Shown here: positions 11,201 through 19,468 of the stretch, one piece after another
How positions within the stretch are numbered: position 1 is the stretch's first letter
Layout of the letters: every line of letters begins with the position of its first letter
IMG/VR virus record: IMGVR_UViG_3300033067_002132
Location: 129,746-193,745 of that record
DNA: 64,000 bases
DNA from: a virus
Lineage: Duplodnaviria > Caudoviricetes
Reading direction: 5' to 3' (one strand)
Notes under the pieces: model-generated
Seen by the model: only the letters and a program-made list of their open reading frames with translations
Told to the model about the DNA's origin: nothing
The model's database searches: none
Made by a program: the position numbers and the translations under genes

Positions 11201-12732
11201 AAAATACCTGTATTAAAAATATATAATTGAGAATTTCCACCAAATAAACCACTACTTCCTGATGTTCCACGGGTCCCAGAGGTTCCAGAAGAACCAGAAG
11301 CACCCGTATTTCCGTCTATTCCTGAAGTTCCCGAGGTTCCTCTTGTACCAGACGTTCCTGAAGATCCTGTTTGTCCTGAACTTCCACTTGAACCAGAAGA
11401 TCCTGTTTGTCCAGAGCTACCCGAAGTTCCACTTGAACCGTTATTTCCATCTATACCCGAAGTACCAGAAGTTCCTCTTGTACCAGAGGTTCCTGAACTA
11501 CCAGTTATTCCACTACTTCCCGATGATCCAGAAGTACCTGATGTTCCAGAACTTCCTGAAAATCCAGAGGTGCCTGAAGATCCAGATATTCCACTGGAAC
11601 CTGAAGAACCACTAGAACCGTTTATTCCTGATGTACCTGATGATCCTGTTATACCTGAAGATCCTGCGCTTCCACTACTTCCTGAAGATCCTGAATTACC
11701 AGATGTTCCACTACTTCCCGTAAGTCCAGAGGAACCACTACTTCCTGTAATTCCTGATGAACCACTACTACCAGAAGATCCATTAATACCAGATGAACCA
11801 GAAGTTCCACTAGATCCTGTTTGTCCAGAACTACCTGAAGACCCACTACTTCCTGTTACTCCGCTTGATCCAGAAGTTCCACTTGAACCATTTAAACCAG
11901 ATGAACCACTACTACCAGAAATTCCACTAGAACCACTAGTTCCTGAACTTCCTGTTAATCCAGAAGATCCTGCGCTACCACTAGATCCGCTTGATCCAGA
12001 GGTTCCAGATGAACCTGAACTTCCTGATGTTCCCGAAGTACCAGAAGATCCAGATGTACCTCGTGTTCCAGACGTTCCTGAAGATCCATTAGCTCCAGAA
12101 CTACCTGAAGAACCATTATTTCCTGATGTTCCACTACTTCCTGTTAATCCAGATGTTCCAGAACTTCCTATATTACCTGCACGAGCAAAAGAAATAACAA
12201 TTCTATCATTTAAATCAAAATTATTATTAGAAATTAGTCCACTAACACCTAATTTTGTATAAAGTCCAGAAGGAATGTTATTTCCTGTTATTAAATAATC
12301 TGCAAAATAAGAACTATCGTATTCTTTAAATATTCTAATAGTTCCTTTTATATCATTATTGCTATCGTCTAAACTATTTATCCAACCACTAATATTAACA
12401 AAATTAGCATTATTATGATTAATAAAAATTTTATTTACCGCGGAATATGTACTACTATTAAAAGAAAGATATCCACTTCCAGGATTTGTATCAACAATAC
12501 TTGTATTAAATTTATATAAATGAGAATCTCCACCAAATAATCCTGAACCAGAAGCATTAAATGATCCACCGCCACCCCCCGCACCTGTTATTAATACCCA
12601 AACACCACTTTCTTTAATATATTGTTTATAAGTGGTAAATTCATGATAAATTGCACCATCTAATACTCCTGATGGTTTTGTATCAGATGGTAAACCTACA
12701 AATCTATCTCCAGCATATTTTCTAAGTGCCAT
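5278..12732 (-). CDS. Giant Gly-X-Y (G-S-S/G-T-S) fibre protein with four repeated globular domains and a C-terminal peptidase S74-type intramolecular chaperone
   Basis: Five Gly-X-Y blocks; four copies of GLFGG(D/N)S...F(A/S/T)(R/M)(A/F)G domain; NIGIGTTNP fibre motif; SDARTKRNIK...GIIAQD...LLVNSVKELSAEIEKLK chaperone; next to gpJ. Confidence 0.85.
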   Translation of the reverse strand: MALRKYAGDRFVGLPSDTKPSGVLDGAIYHEFTTYKQYIKESGVWVLITGAGGGGGSFNASGSGLFGGDSHLYKFNTSIVDTNPGSGYLSFNSSTYSAVNKIFINHNNANFVNISGWINSLDDSNNDIKGTIRIFKEYDSSYFADYLITGNNIPSGLYTKLGVSGLISNNNFDLNDRIVISFARAGNIGSSGTSGLTGSSGTSGNNGSSGSSGANGSSGTSGTRGTSGSSGTSGTSGSSGSSGTSGSSGSSGSAGSSGLTGSSGTSGSSGISGSSGSSGLNGSSGTSGSSGVTGSSGSSGSSGQTGSSGTSGSSGINGSSGSSGSSGITGSSGSSGLTGSSGTSGNSGSSGSSGSAGSSGITGSSGTSGINGSSGSSGSSGISGSSGTSGFSGSSGTSGTSGSSGSSGITGSSGTSGTRGTSGTSGIDGNNGSSGTSGSSGQTGSSGSSGSSGQTGSSGTSGTRGTSGTSGIDGNTGASGSSGTSGTRGTSGSSGLFGGNSQLYIFNTGILNVDPGSGYFSFNHSGIYSGYSGYSGVNQICIDYYNKDLLNIVSWISGFDISNSNPKGNLRIFKEYNSSNFTSFNITGNNIYNSGYAQIFVNYIIGSGLFNLNDNLVISFTMFGNNGSSGTSGSSGTSGTRGTSGTSGSSGSSGSSGSSGSSGLDGATGSSGPAGSSGTSGTSGTRGTSGTSGIDGSSGTSGTSGSSGSSGITGSSGTSGTRGTSGSSGLSGSSGSSGTSGLDGIPGTPGSSGISGSSGSSGLTGSSGTSGTRGTSGSSGSSGIDGNSGSSGTSGSSGSSGSSGSSGSSGTSGTRGTSGSSGTSGISGIDGSSGSSGLTGSSGTSGSSGSSGSSGINGSSGTSGTRGTSGSSGLTGSSGTSGIDGAPGTPGSSGLSGSSGTSGNSGSSGSSGTSGTRGTSGSSGINGSSGTSGTSGLDGNPGSAGSAGSSGSSGITGSSGTSGTRGTSGSSGIDGNSGSSGSSGSSGITGSSGTSGTRGTSGSSGSNGLFGGDSIPFLFNTGILNIDPGTGYLGFNFSGYSGANQIYIDNLNKNNINILPWISGLDLSNNNIKGTLRIFQEYNSSIFHQFDITGNNIYNSGYAAINVEYVLGTGLFALNDNIILTFSRAGNSGSSGSSGTSGTRGTSGSSGTAGTSGSSGSSGSSGISGSSGTSGATGSSGSSGSSGINGSSGTSGTRGTSGTSGIDGVVGSSGTSGLTGSSGSSGSSGVTGSSGTSGTRGTSGSSGTSGIDGVAGSSGSSGSSGLTGSSGTSGTRGTSGSSGTSGINGNDGSSGSSGSSGSSGSSGLTGSSGTSGTRGTSGSSGTSGIDGANGSSGSSGSSGLTGSSGTSGTSGTRGTSGSSGTSGLTGNDGSSGSSGSSGSSGSSGTSGTRGTSGSSGLTGSSGTSGSNGLFGGDSQLYLFNTGTSNVDPGNGYLKFNNTTYASINKLYIDHINADGANIFNWLSGLDYSTNNIKGTLRIFGEYNSSIFSIFNITSNTTFSPGYIAANVSYITGSGLFNTDDSIVLTFARAGDSGSSGSSGSSGSSGSSGSSGINGSSGTSGSSGSSGSSGSSGSSGTSGTRGTSGSSGVTGSSGTSGLDGAIGSSGSSGSSGLTGSSGTSGTRGSSGSSGVTGSSGTSGISGNDGSSGSSGSSGVTGSSGTSGTRGTSGSSGLTGSSGTSGINGADGSSGSSGTSGTRGTSGSSGTSGSSGTSGSSISVSGTTNRIVKFTSATAIGNTTTPIHEISSNIGIGTTNPQTTVHILGDYIQTPTSGDLDATSINQINFNGAGYRTYTNTVIGGGHSILNRAINDRFIIHYDRWNGSINLPSGLNSGDDIFKINAGGRTLDGAHGQNTIITVTTDGPTGSGINNILAKFAGDQFIYSFKNNAFGIGVTPETNTFLLQVNGDIGPAVTKSYNLGADNYRFQEAYIQNLFTSGINSLNEPDVLINDSLRVTGFIKLQMGGLAGANLIPISSETWGYTTGMWTSGISSVPMSNTTIKLLPELTGYSVPGGVLHQIKHQGTFAGNWLAIPQYIAVNPDTLYYGKIWAARTHLSGANTSSGRFYAGALCFDSGFNLINTNSGGLKYFIAADTTPTVTGKWYYGIISGQDTGFAYTSFAPSTRYIKPLIITNYSSYSGITVVGGFEISDRPFTTHDNIFSIANEVELKKVNTGTSSNFLIIENGIIKQKTSGASGSSGSSGSSGANGADGGTGSSGTSGTRGTSGSSGANGASGSSGTAGTSGANGAVGSSGTAGTSGANGAVGSSGTAGTSGVTGVAGSSGTSGAGGGGSSGTSGLNGATGSSGPSGSSGTSGTAGTSGTSGTRGSSGTSGTRGSSGTSGTRGSSGTSGSSGTSGTSGSSGANGSSGSVSDARTKRNIKSFKQGLDIVNKINPFEFEYNGRGETQEGLKGIGIIAQDQLKNIPYCIVKKNVFLDPNDTERTDIYHVYDSPITYLLVNSVKELSAEIEKLKRRIKILEEKK
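5693..5766. repeat. Exact 27-bp tandem repeat x2.7 within the fibre gene
   Basis: cctctagttcctgaagttcccgaagaa at 5693, 5720 and partial at 5747. Confidence 0.9.
5904..6024. repeat. Exact 45-bp tandem repeat x2.7 within the fibre gene
   Basis: cacctgatgttcctgcggttcccgaagaaccaacagcaccattag at 5904, 5949 and partial at 5994. Confidence 0.9.
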
Positions 12733-12763
12733 TTCCTTTTACCTTTATAGAATAATTACACTT
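12733..12763 (-). promoter_or_regulatory. Putative late promoter GTGTAA plus AAGGTAAAAGGAA leader/RBS of the fibre gene
   Basis: Minus strand AAGTGTAATTATTCTATAAAGGTAAAAGGAAATG; near-identical layout upstream of gene M. Confidence 0.65.
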
Positions 12764-15700
12764 ATGTTTGCGAACTTATTATAACAGATTCAGAATCATC
12801 ACCGAAACTATTAGTTAAAGTTCTTCTTCCATCAATTTGTGCTGTTGATAATTTCCAAATATTATTATTATCGTTAAAATTAGTAAAAATTAATTGTTGA
12901 CCTATTTTCATAGTATTTGTGACTCCACTAAAGTTAATACTTGTTATATTACTTAATGGAAATCCAGTTCTTAACATACTATTATAATTATTAATTATCT
13001 CCATGTCAAAAGAATCTATTACAGAAAAACAAATATATCCAGTTGGAGAAAAATATCGATCTTCATAAGGAATAGGAGTTTGAAAAGATTTAGTATAAGA
13101 ATTATAATTAGAATAACCTGTATAAATATTAAATTGACTAGGAATAGGATTATTTCCTGTTATATTTTCTCCTGAAAAAAGACCTGTACTAAAATAAATA
13201 TAACCACCAATAATATCTTTTGGCATAGTTCCTGAAACATATGTAATATTAATATTTAAACCACAATCAATAAAATGTCTAGTTATATATCCACTTACTA
13301 TTTTATTAATACCTGTAGATAATGCTAATCCAGTAATTCTTTCATTATTTATATATAATAAATCATATCCATAAGGATTTGTCCAAGGTTCATGATATCC
13401 AGTAGATAAATCTAAATAATTTCCAGCAGAAGTTCTTCCAAAATTATCAACCGCTTCAACTACAACATCATATTTTCTAAATGGCCCACCACTTGCTAAT
13501 ACATTATCTTTAAAATCAAAACTTTTAGATATTTCATTAGAATAAATAGGTATTCCTGTATATTCAAAATAAATAGTTGAAGAAGGAGTATTTGTATAAG
13601 AAGGTTCTCTTATAGATAATCTAAAATTAAAATTTGTTGGCAATTGTTCTCCTGTTGAACCCATTTGCCATGTAAAAACTGGACTTAATTCATAAAATCT
13701 ATCAATATTTGTTTTAGATGCTCCAACTATACCATCATATAACCCTGTTGGATAAAATTGACCAGTATTAATGTTTAAACTACTAATAACAACATCTAAA
13801 ATAGGAAAAATTTGAGGAATATTAAAAAATCCTGTTATACTATCATTTGAATATGTATTATTTATATAATTATATCCCCATAAACTATAAATAAAATCTC
13901 CTGTATTTTCAAAAGAATAATCATAATTAGAAATCTCAGGTGATAAAAATCCAACCAAATATTTATTATCAGGTACAAAATTATGATCTATTTTATCACC
14001 CGAAGGACTAATAAAAATAGCAGTATGAGTGTTATTTACAGAATTATTATCTTTTGTCCAATTTAAAGATACCTTTTTAGAACTAATACTTACATTATCT
14101 ACTGTTGTATATCCATATGTGGGTTTAGAAGGAATTGTTTGTGGTAATAATGAATTTCTATCAAAATTAATTCCTGATTCTATTTCTATATATTTTTGTG
14201 CATTATATTGTAAACCAATAACGTTCAATTCATTTTCTTTTTCTTCTATATTAATAATTCTATATTGATCTTGATATGGATCTAGAAATTTACTTGTTGC
14301 ATCATAAGTTCTATCTCCCGAATTCATATGAATAGACCAAACAGTATTTTTTGTTATTTCATAATTTTCTATATCAAATGGATTAGGATTAAATTCAAGT
14401 TGTAAATAAGAGTCTTTATTTATACAATTAGTTGGTGTAGCATTAAAAATTCCACTTTGAATTAATCCTCTTCTTATATTAGAAATTTCACTACTATTCA
14501 TATCAGAAATAGCAGTCGCATTATAATTATATGTAGGAGTAATTAAATTTAATACATAATTAACACCCGTATTAATAATTGGTATAGAATCTAATTTAAT
14601 TATTGCTTTATTAGAAATAGATTCTAATTCAAAATCTTTAATTCTTCCCGCGTATCGATATAATTTTTTATTATTATCTATTACATTTATTACGTCTCCG
14701 GGTTTTAAATAACTTGCTTCTAATCCCGCATTAAAACTAATCGTTTCTGTTTCTAAATTTTCTGTTAATAAAACCGCTCTACCAAATCTTAATGCTTGTC
14801 CACGACTAGTACATCCAATAGCATCAATTTCTATTTCCCTTATTCCATATTTTCTAATCCCATCTACATCTTCTACATATTCAATCGCAGGTTTATAAAA
14901 ATTTCTTTTATCATTATATCTTACTATGGCTACGGTATGTCTTACTCTTCTACTACTACTAGCATAACCAAAATTACCATCTTTAATATTTGAATTTGTA
15001 AATGTTGTAATGGGATCTTTTGGAGAATCTTGTGTCGCAGAAATTACTCCATTTCCAAAATAAACTAAACCTCTAAAAATCGAAGCCATATTATTAATAA
15101 CTTTATAAGCTTCTTCTTTATTATTTAAAATAATATTACAAGCAAATCTTGGTTCCCATCCACCATATCCATCAGGAACTAAAACATCACAATATTTACT
15201 TATTTCATATAACGACCATTTATCTACATATGTACTATCAATATATTTTCCTAATCCGTAATTTTCATTAGTAATAATATCATAAAAGCACCAAGCCGGA
15301 TTATCTGTCCAATATTTGTTTTCTTTAAAAGAACCATCCCAAGGAGTAGATTCATTATATCTTTTTAAAATAGGATCATAATTAGATGGAATTTTTACTT
15401 TTATTAATCTTGTATCAAAAAATCTATTAGGAATTTGACTAAAATATTCCGAATTAAAACGAGAACGAACTATAGCAGAATTTGGATTAGTATGTATATC
15501 TTCATAAATTTCTGTAATACTATCTACATAAATAGTATTTCTTTCTAATGAAGTTAAAGAATCAGGACTTCTTCTTGCTATTTTAATTTCCCATCCTAGA
15601 AAATCTCTATTATTTACTGTAGGATCTTTGCCATAAAAAGAAATTTTATCTGTTTTAATAAATCCATATTGAATTTTACCAGTAAATTGAACCTTTTTAG

Positions 15701-17975
15701 CTAATGTAAAATTTTTTGGATTATTTAATGCATTAGAATAAATAGGGCGAAAATAAATATAATAAGTCATTAACGCATCAATTAAATCACCGTTTTCCGC
15801 CGATACTGTTTTTTGTAAAGTTTGTATTCTTATATTAATAAAAGCCGCTGTACATTCAGGATTTAATATTCTATATGTTTTTACATGATCAGCTTCTAAA
15901 ATAGGTAATCCTAATTCATTAAATTGTGTCGCTCGTAATCTTTCTCCTATAGTTCTACTAATTGTTGCTTTAGGATTTATATAATTTAAAATCGCACCAT
16001 TTGGTAATCCAGGCGTAAAAGAAACATCTATACTTTGATAATTATATTTATTATCTGAACTTACTAATGGAACTTCATTCCAATAAATAGATCTAAACCA
16101 ATTTATATTTGTTTTTGGAGCATTTTGATAAGGAATAAAGGTCGCTTTTGTATATCCAATTTCATAAGGATTTCCTTCAAAAATATATTCTCCATTTACT
16201 AATCCTTCTATTTCGCCTTCTGATAATAAATCTAATACTTCGATTGAAGTAGTAGAAAGAGCACGTTTAACTTTTTTACCGAATTGATCTTCTACATCAA
16301 CAACCCCTTCTGGAACTTCATCAAAAGTTTTTTCTGAATCTGTACTTGCAGTAGACGTTGAACCCTCTTGTATGGGTTTACTTATTGCAGCATATTTATA
16401 TTCATATTCAAAACTTTCTGTACTTTTATAAGTTCTATCATTTATTAATCGAACTAAATAATAATTATAAGAATTTTTTCCATAAGTTGTAAAAGCCCCA
16501 CCAACAAAAATTTTTGAATCTCCATCTCTCATAGTTGGTTGATTGGTTGTACCATTTGTTATTAAAAAATCAAAAATTTTAACATAATTAACAGGTCCAT
16601 TAAAACCAATCCCATCTTGAACTTTTCCAAAAGGATCTCCATATCCATTGCTTGAAAAAGATAAATCTAATGTTCCATCAGAAATTGAAACGCGACAAAA
16701 ATTATTAACGTTTGGAACTTTTTGTCCAGCATTTGTAAATTTTCCACCTAATAAAATATAATCCCATGTTGATTGATTATATTCTTCTATACAATTAACA
16801 GATGTCTCCGTATCATCATCATAAATAGGTCTATAATTTTCTACCACCTGAAATTTTCCTAAATTTATTCCTGTTTCTTGTCTAATAAATTTTACTACTT
16901 TAGTAATAGTTGTTGCACCTAAACTAGTAAATTTACCACCAACCATTAAAATTTTATTATTAAAATCATTATGATATCTTAATAATTTAATACAATTAAC
17001 TCTATCATTAAGATCAATATCTAATCCAGTAGTTAATTCCATTATTTTTAATGTTCCGGTAGCATTTTTTATACGAGTAATATAATTATTATTAGGAGAT
17101 CCTATAACAGTAAAATCCCCACCAATATAAATATCAATATTATCATCGTCTTTTACAGAAACGGTTGGATTTGTCGTCCAATCTATTTCTATTGTTCTGA
17201 CCGCGCCATTTAAAAAAGAAGGGTTAAATGAAGTAATTTCTTTTCCATCGGGTGTTATTTTTTTTAAAAAACCAGAAAAACTACCACCTATTAAAATAGA
17301 TCCATCATCTTTATCAAAAAATTTTCTATTTATTTGATCGTATCCTTTCATTACTAAAGCACCTGAATCTAAAGAAACTCCTCCATTACTCGGAGATCTA
17401 AAACTCTGTATAATAAAACCATCATAATCGACACAAAGAATATTTTCATATGAATCAGTAATATAATTATCATCATAATCAATAACTCCTAATTGATTTT
17501 GATCGGGTGGTAAATTTCCTAAAATATCATATTTAAAATCACCAGAAATATAAACTCTTTTAGATTTTTCATGAATTAAAATAGATGTAATACTATTACT
17601 TCTAGAAACAACAACAGGTTTACCATCTTTTGTAGTATTTCTAGGAATTGTTATGGTAAAATTATCTTTTCCATAAAGAGCATTTCCATAAGGATCAACA
17701 ATAATAACAGTAAAAATTCCTATATTACTTAATTCATTTTTTTTCTGTACTAATAAATGTAATAAAGTATTTGGTAATGTTTTAATAGCACAATATAAAT
17801 TTTCCATATATGGGGAAAATTTAGCAGTACCTTGTTCTAAAGTTGATCTTCTTAAATCACAAACAAAAGGTTCATACATTTGTGAAACATGTAATATATT
17901 AAATGGAAAATTTAAACTAGGAAAAACATCCCATTTAATAGTTGGTGCTTGAGATTTTGTATTATAAACGGTCAT
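12762..17975 (-). CDS. Tail tip / central fibre protein J (lambda gpJ-like) with N-terminal beta-propeller-like extension
   Basis: VLDLLSEGEIEG, KVKIPSNYDP, WDGSFK..WTDNPAWCFYD, YCDVLVPDGYGGWEPRF, GCTSRGQALRFG; position after M-L-K-I. Confidence 0.9.
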   Translation of the reverse strand: MTVYNTKSQAPTIKWDVFPSLNFPFNILHVSQMYEPFVCDLRRSTLEQGTAKFSPYMENLYCAIKTLPNTLLHLLVQKKNELSNIGIFTVIIVDPYGNALYGKDNFTITIPRNTTKDGKPVVVSRSNSITSILIHEKSKRVYISGDFKYDILGNLPPDQNQLGVIDYDDNYITDSYENILCVDYDGFIIQSFRSPSNGGVSLDSGALVMKGYDQINRKFFDKDDGSILIGGSFSGFLKKITPDGKEITSFNPSFLNGAVRTIEIDWTTNPTVSVKDDDNIDIYIGGDFTVIGSPNNNYITRIKNATGTLKIMELTTGLDIDLNDRVNCIKLLRYHNDFNNKILMVGGKFTSLGATTITKVVKFIRQETGINLGKFQVVENYRPIYDDDTETSVNCIEEYNQSTWDYILLGGKFTNAGQKVPNVNNFCRVSISDGTLDLSFSSNGYGDPFGKVQDGIGFNGPVNYVKIFDFLITNGTTNQPTMRDGDSKIFVGGAFTTYGKNSYNYYLVRLINDRTYKSTESFEYEYKYAAISKPIQEGSTSTASTDSEKTFDEVPEGVVDVEDQFGKKVKRALSTTSIEVLDLLSEGEIEGLVNGEYIFEGNPYEIGYTKATFIPYQNAPKTNINWFRSIYWNEVPLVSSDNKYNYQSIDVSFTPGLPNGAILNYINPKATISRTIGERLRATQFNELGLPILEADHVKTYRILNPECTAAFINIRIQTLQKTVSAENGDLIDALMTYYIYFRPIYSNALNNPKNFTLAKKVQFTGKIQYGFIKTDKISFYGKDPTVNNRDFLGWEIKIARRSPDSLTSLERNTIYVDSITEIYEDIHTNPNSAIVRSRFNSEYFSQIPNRFFDTRLIKVKIPSNYDPILKRYNESTPWDGSFKENKYWTDNPAWCFYDIITNENYGLGKYIDSTYVDKWSLYEISKYCDVLVPDGYGGWEPRFACNIILNNKEEAYKVINNMASIFRGLVYFGNGVISATQDSPKDPITTFTNSNIKDGNFGYASSSRRVRHTVAIVRYNDKRNFYKPAIEYVEDVDGIRKYGIREIEIDAIGCTSRGQALRFGRAVLLTENLETETISFNAGLEASYLKPGDVINVIDNNKKLYRYAGRIKDFELESISNKAIIKLDSIPIINTGVNYVLNLITPTYNYNATAISDMNSSEISNIRRGLIQSGIFNATPTNCINKDSYLQLEFNPNPFDIENYEITKNTVWSIHMNSGDRTYDATSKFLDPYQDQYRIINIEEKENELNVIGLQYNAQKYIEIESGINFDRNSLLPQTIPSKPTYGYTTVDNVSISSKKVSLNWTKDNNSVNNTHTAIFISPSGDKIDHNFVPDNKYLVGFLSPEISNYDYSFENTGDFIYSLWGYNYINNTYSNDSITGFFNIPQIFPILDVVISSLNINTGQFYPTGLYDGIVGASKTNIDRFYELSPVFTWQMGSTGEQLPTNFNFRLSIREPSYTNTPSSTIYFEYTGIPIYSNEISKSFDFKDNVLASGGPFRKYDVVVEAVDNFGRTSAGNYLDLSTGYHEPWTNPYGYDLLYINNERITGLALSTGINKIVSGYITRHFIDCGLNINITYVSGTMPKDIIGGYIYFSTGLFSGENITGNNPIPSQFNIYTGYSNYNSYTKSFQTPIPYEDRYFSPTGYICFSVIDSFDMEIINNYNSMLRTGFPLSNITSINFSGVTNTMKIGQQLIFTNFNDNNNIWKLSTAQIDGRRTLTNSFGDDSESVIISSQT

Positions 17976-17976
17976 A

Positions 17977-18741
17977 TTAAATTAATGTTGCTGTATTAGC
18001 GGTAGAATTTTCACTATTTGATTTAACAATATATGTATAAGAAAGAATAGTAATCGATCCTGATCCGAATTCTACATCTAAATCTCCTCCTGTATATCTA
18101 TAAAGTAAACTATTTTCAGAAGATTGAGTATAATAAATATCATATGTAGAAGAAATTGTTTGACTTCCGACAATTAAACGACCATATCCAACCGGAACAG
18201 GCCCACCTTCTTCTGTTGTATTATATGGACCATTAAATAAATAAGAAGCTTTAGATTTTTGTATATCTTTATAATTATCAAATTTTGGTGGACTTGTTAA
18301 AAGAGAAATCACACCTCCAGCTAACAAAGCTATACCTGCTACGATTAAATATGGTTGACCAAATAATCCTATAACAATTAAAATAACTCCTAAAATAATA
18401 CCTAAAATTCCTAAAAAATTACTTCCTGATCCTTCTAATATAGGTATAATATCAATAGTTTTTAATGAATCTTCTTTAAATGTAATCATTAATTCAGAAT
18501 TTTTTATAGTATCAATTTCTTCTATATTTACTGGTTTTTCTGAAATAAAATCTCTTCCATTGATTAAAACTCTATATTTAATTCCTTGTTTATCTTTTTC
18601 TAAAAGATATTTATAAAGTTTTCTTTTACTTAAAACTTCTATAGCACGCATAGCTTCCCCAACAGAATTAACACATAAACTCCATTGTTTACCTATATTT
18701 TCTCCTAAATCTCCATGTAAAGTTATATTTGTTTTATGCAT
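17977..18741 (-). CDS. Tail assembly protein I (lambda gpI-like)
   Basis: ITLHGDLG, IDIIPILEGSG, hydrophobic segment, SYLFNGPYNTTEEGGPVPVGYGRLIVGS. Confidence 0.9.
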   Translation of the reverse strand: MHKTNITLHGDLGENIGKQWSLCVNSVGEAMRAIEVLSKRKLYKYLLEKDKQGIKYRVLINGRDFISEKPVNIEEIDTIKNSELMITFKEDSLKTIDIIPILEGSGSNFLGILGIILGVILIVIGLFGQPYLIVAGIALLAGGVISLLTSPPKFDNYKDIQKSKASYLFNGPYNTTEEGGPVPVGYGRLIVGSQTISSTYDIYYTQSSENSLLYRYTGGDLDVEFGSGSITILSYTYIVKSNSENSTANTATLI

Positions 18742-19468
18742 ATGGTGTCAAAAATAAAAAGGTTCTTTTAGTATAAAAATCATTAAATAATTCTATAGTA
18801 GAATTTTTATCTTGTGGATGATGTAAAAATTCTTTATTATTTAAATAAATTCCAAAATGATTTGGTTCATAATTTTCTATATATTTAAAAATAATAATAT
18901 CTCCATATTTTGGTAATTCTGTTTGTTTTAATATTTTATTTAAAATTCTATTAATTTGTGTTTGTATTATATATGGATCTTCTTTATACCAATTTTTATT
19001 AATTTTAAAATTTGGAAGATTTATATTAAATTGATCTTTATAAAATTTTTGAATTAATGTATAACAATTTTGATTTTCTATGTTAAAATTTTTTCCTATA
19101 AAATCAATTAATTCATAAGAACCAATTTTTGGATCGAATTCATCAAAAATATCATGATTAATATTATAACTTATATAATTAATATTATGATTAATAGCGT
19201 TTAATCTATCAAAATTTGTTAATTTTTTTTCATCATTTATATGAGAGTGATAACAACCAACAATTTTTCCATTATCCGAAGCTTCTAAATAATCAAAACA
19301 ATCTATAGTAAAATTTTTATTTTTTTCTTGACTTATATTTCTACATTTTAAAGCAATAAAATTATTATCTTTATTTATTATTAATCCACACACCTCTTCA
19401 ATAGGATTAGATAAAGCATGTTTTTTAATATGTTCAATAATATTTTTATTCTTAATTAAAAAATTCAT
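18734..19468 (-). CDS. Tail assembly protein K (JAB/MPN + NlpC/P60)
   Basis: EEVCGLI, YHSH (JAB); NCYTLI, NHFGIYL..FLHH (NlpC); start moved to ATG 19468, which overlaps the stop of L (TAATG). Confidence 0.88.
   Translation of the reverse strand: MNFLIKNKNIIEHIKKHALSNPIEEVCGLIINKDNNFIALKCRNISQEKNKNFTIDCFDYLEASDNGKIVGCYHSHINDEKKLTNFDRLNAINHNINYISYNINHDIFDEFDPKIGSYELIDFIGKNFNIENQNCYTLIQKFYKDQFNINLPNFKINKNWYKEDPYIIQTQINRILNKILKQTELPKYGDIIIFKYIENYEPNHFGIYLNNKEFLHHPQDKNSTIELFNDFYTKRTFLFLTPYA

Noticed and set aside
5565-11846. Alternative-frame minus-strand ORFs within the fibre gene (5565-5831, 5832-6176, 7884-8144, 11649-11846)
   Set aside because: Frame-shifted readings of the same repeats; no slippery site or independent start seen
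7688-12262. Long Pro/Glu-rich + strand ORFs (7688-8323, 8666-9430, 9734-10927, 11262-11615, 11570-12262)
   Set aside because: Antisense shadows of Gly/Ser/Thr codons; they begin and end with the repeat blocks and have no upstream signals
5278-12732. Ice-nucleation protein or serine-rich (SRRP) adhesin
   Set aside because: Lacks AGYGSTxT 16-mers and SX dipeptide repeats; strict 3-residue Gly period, S74 chaperone and tail context indicate a phage fibre
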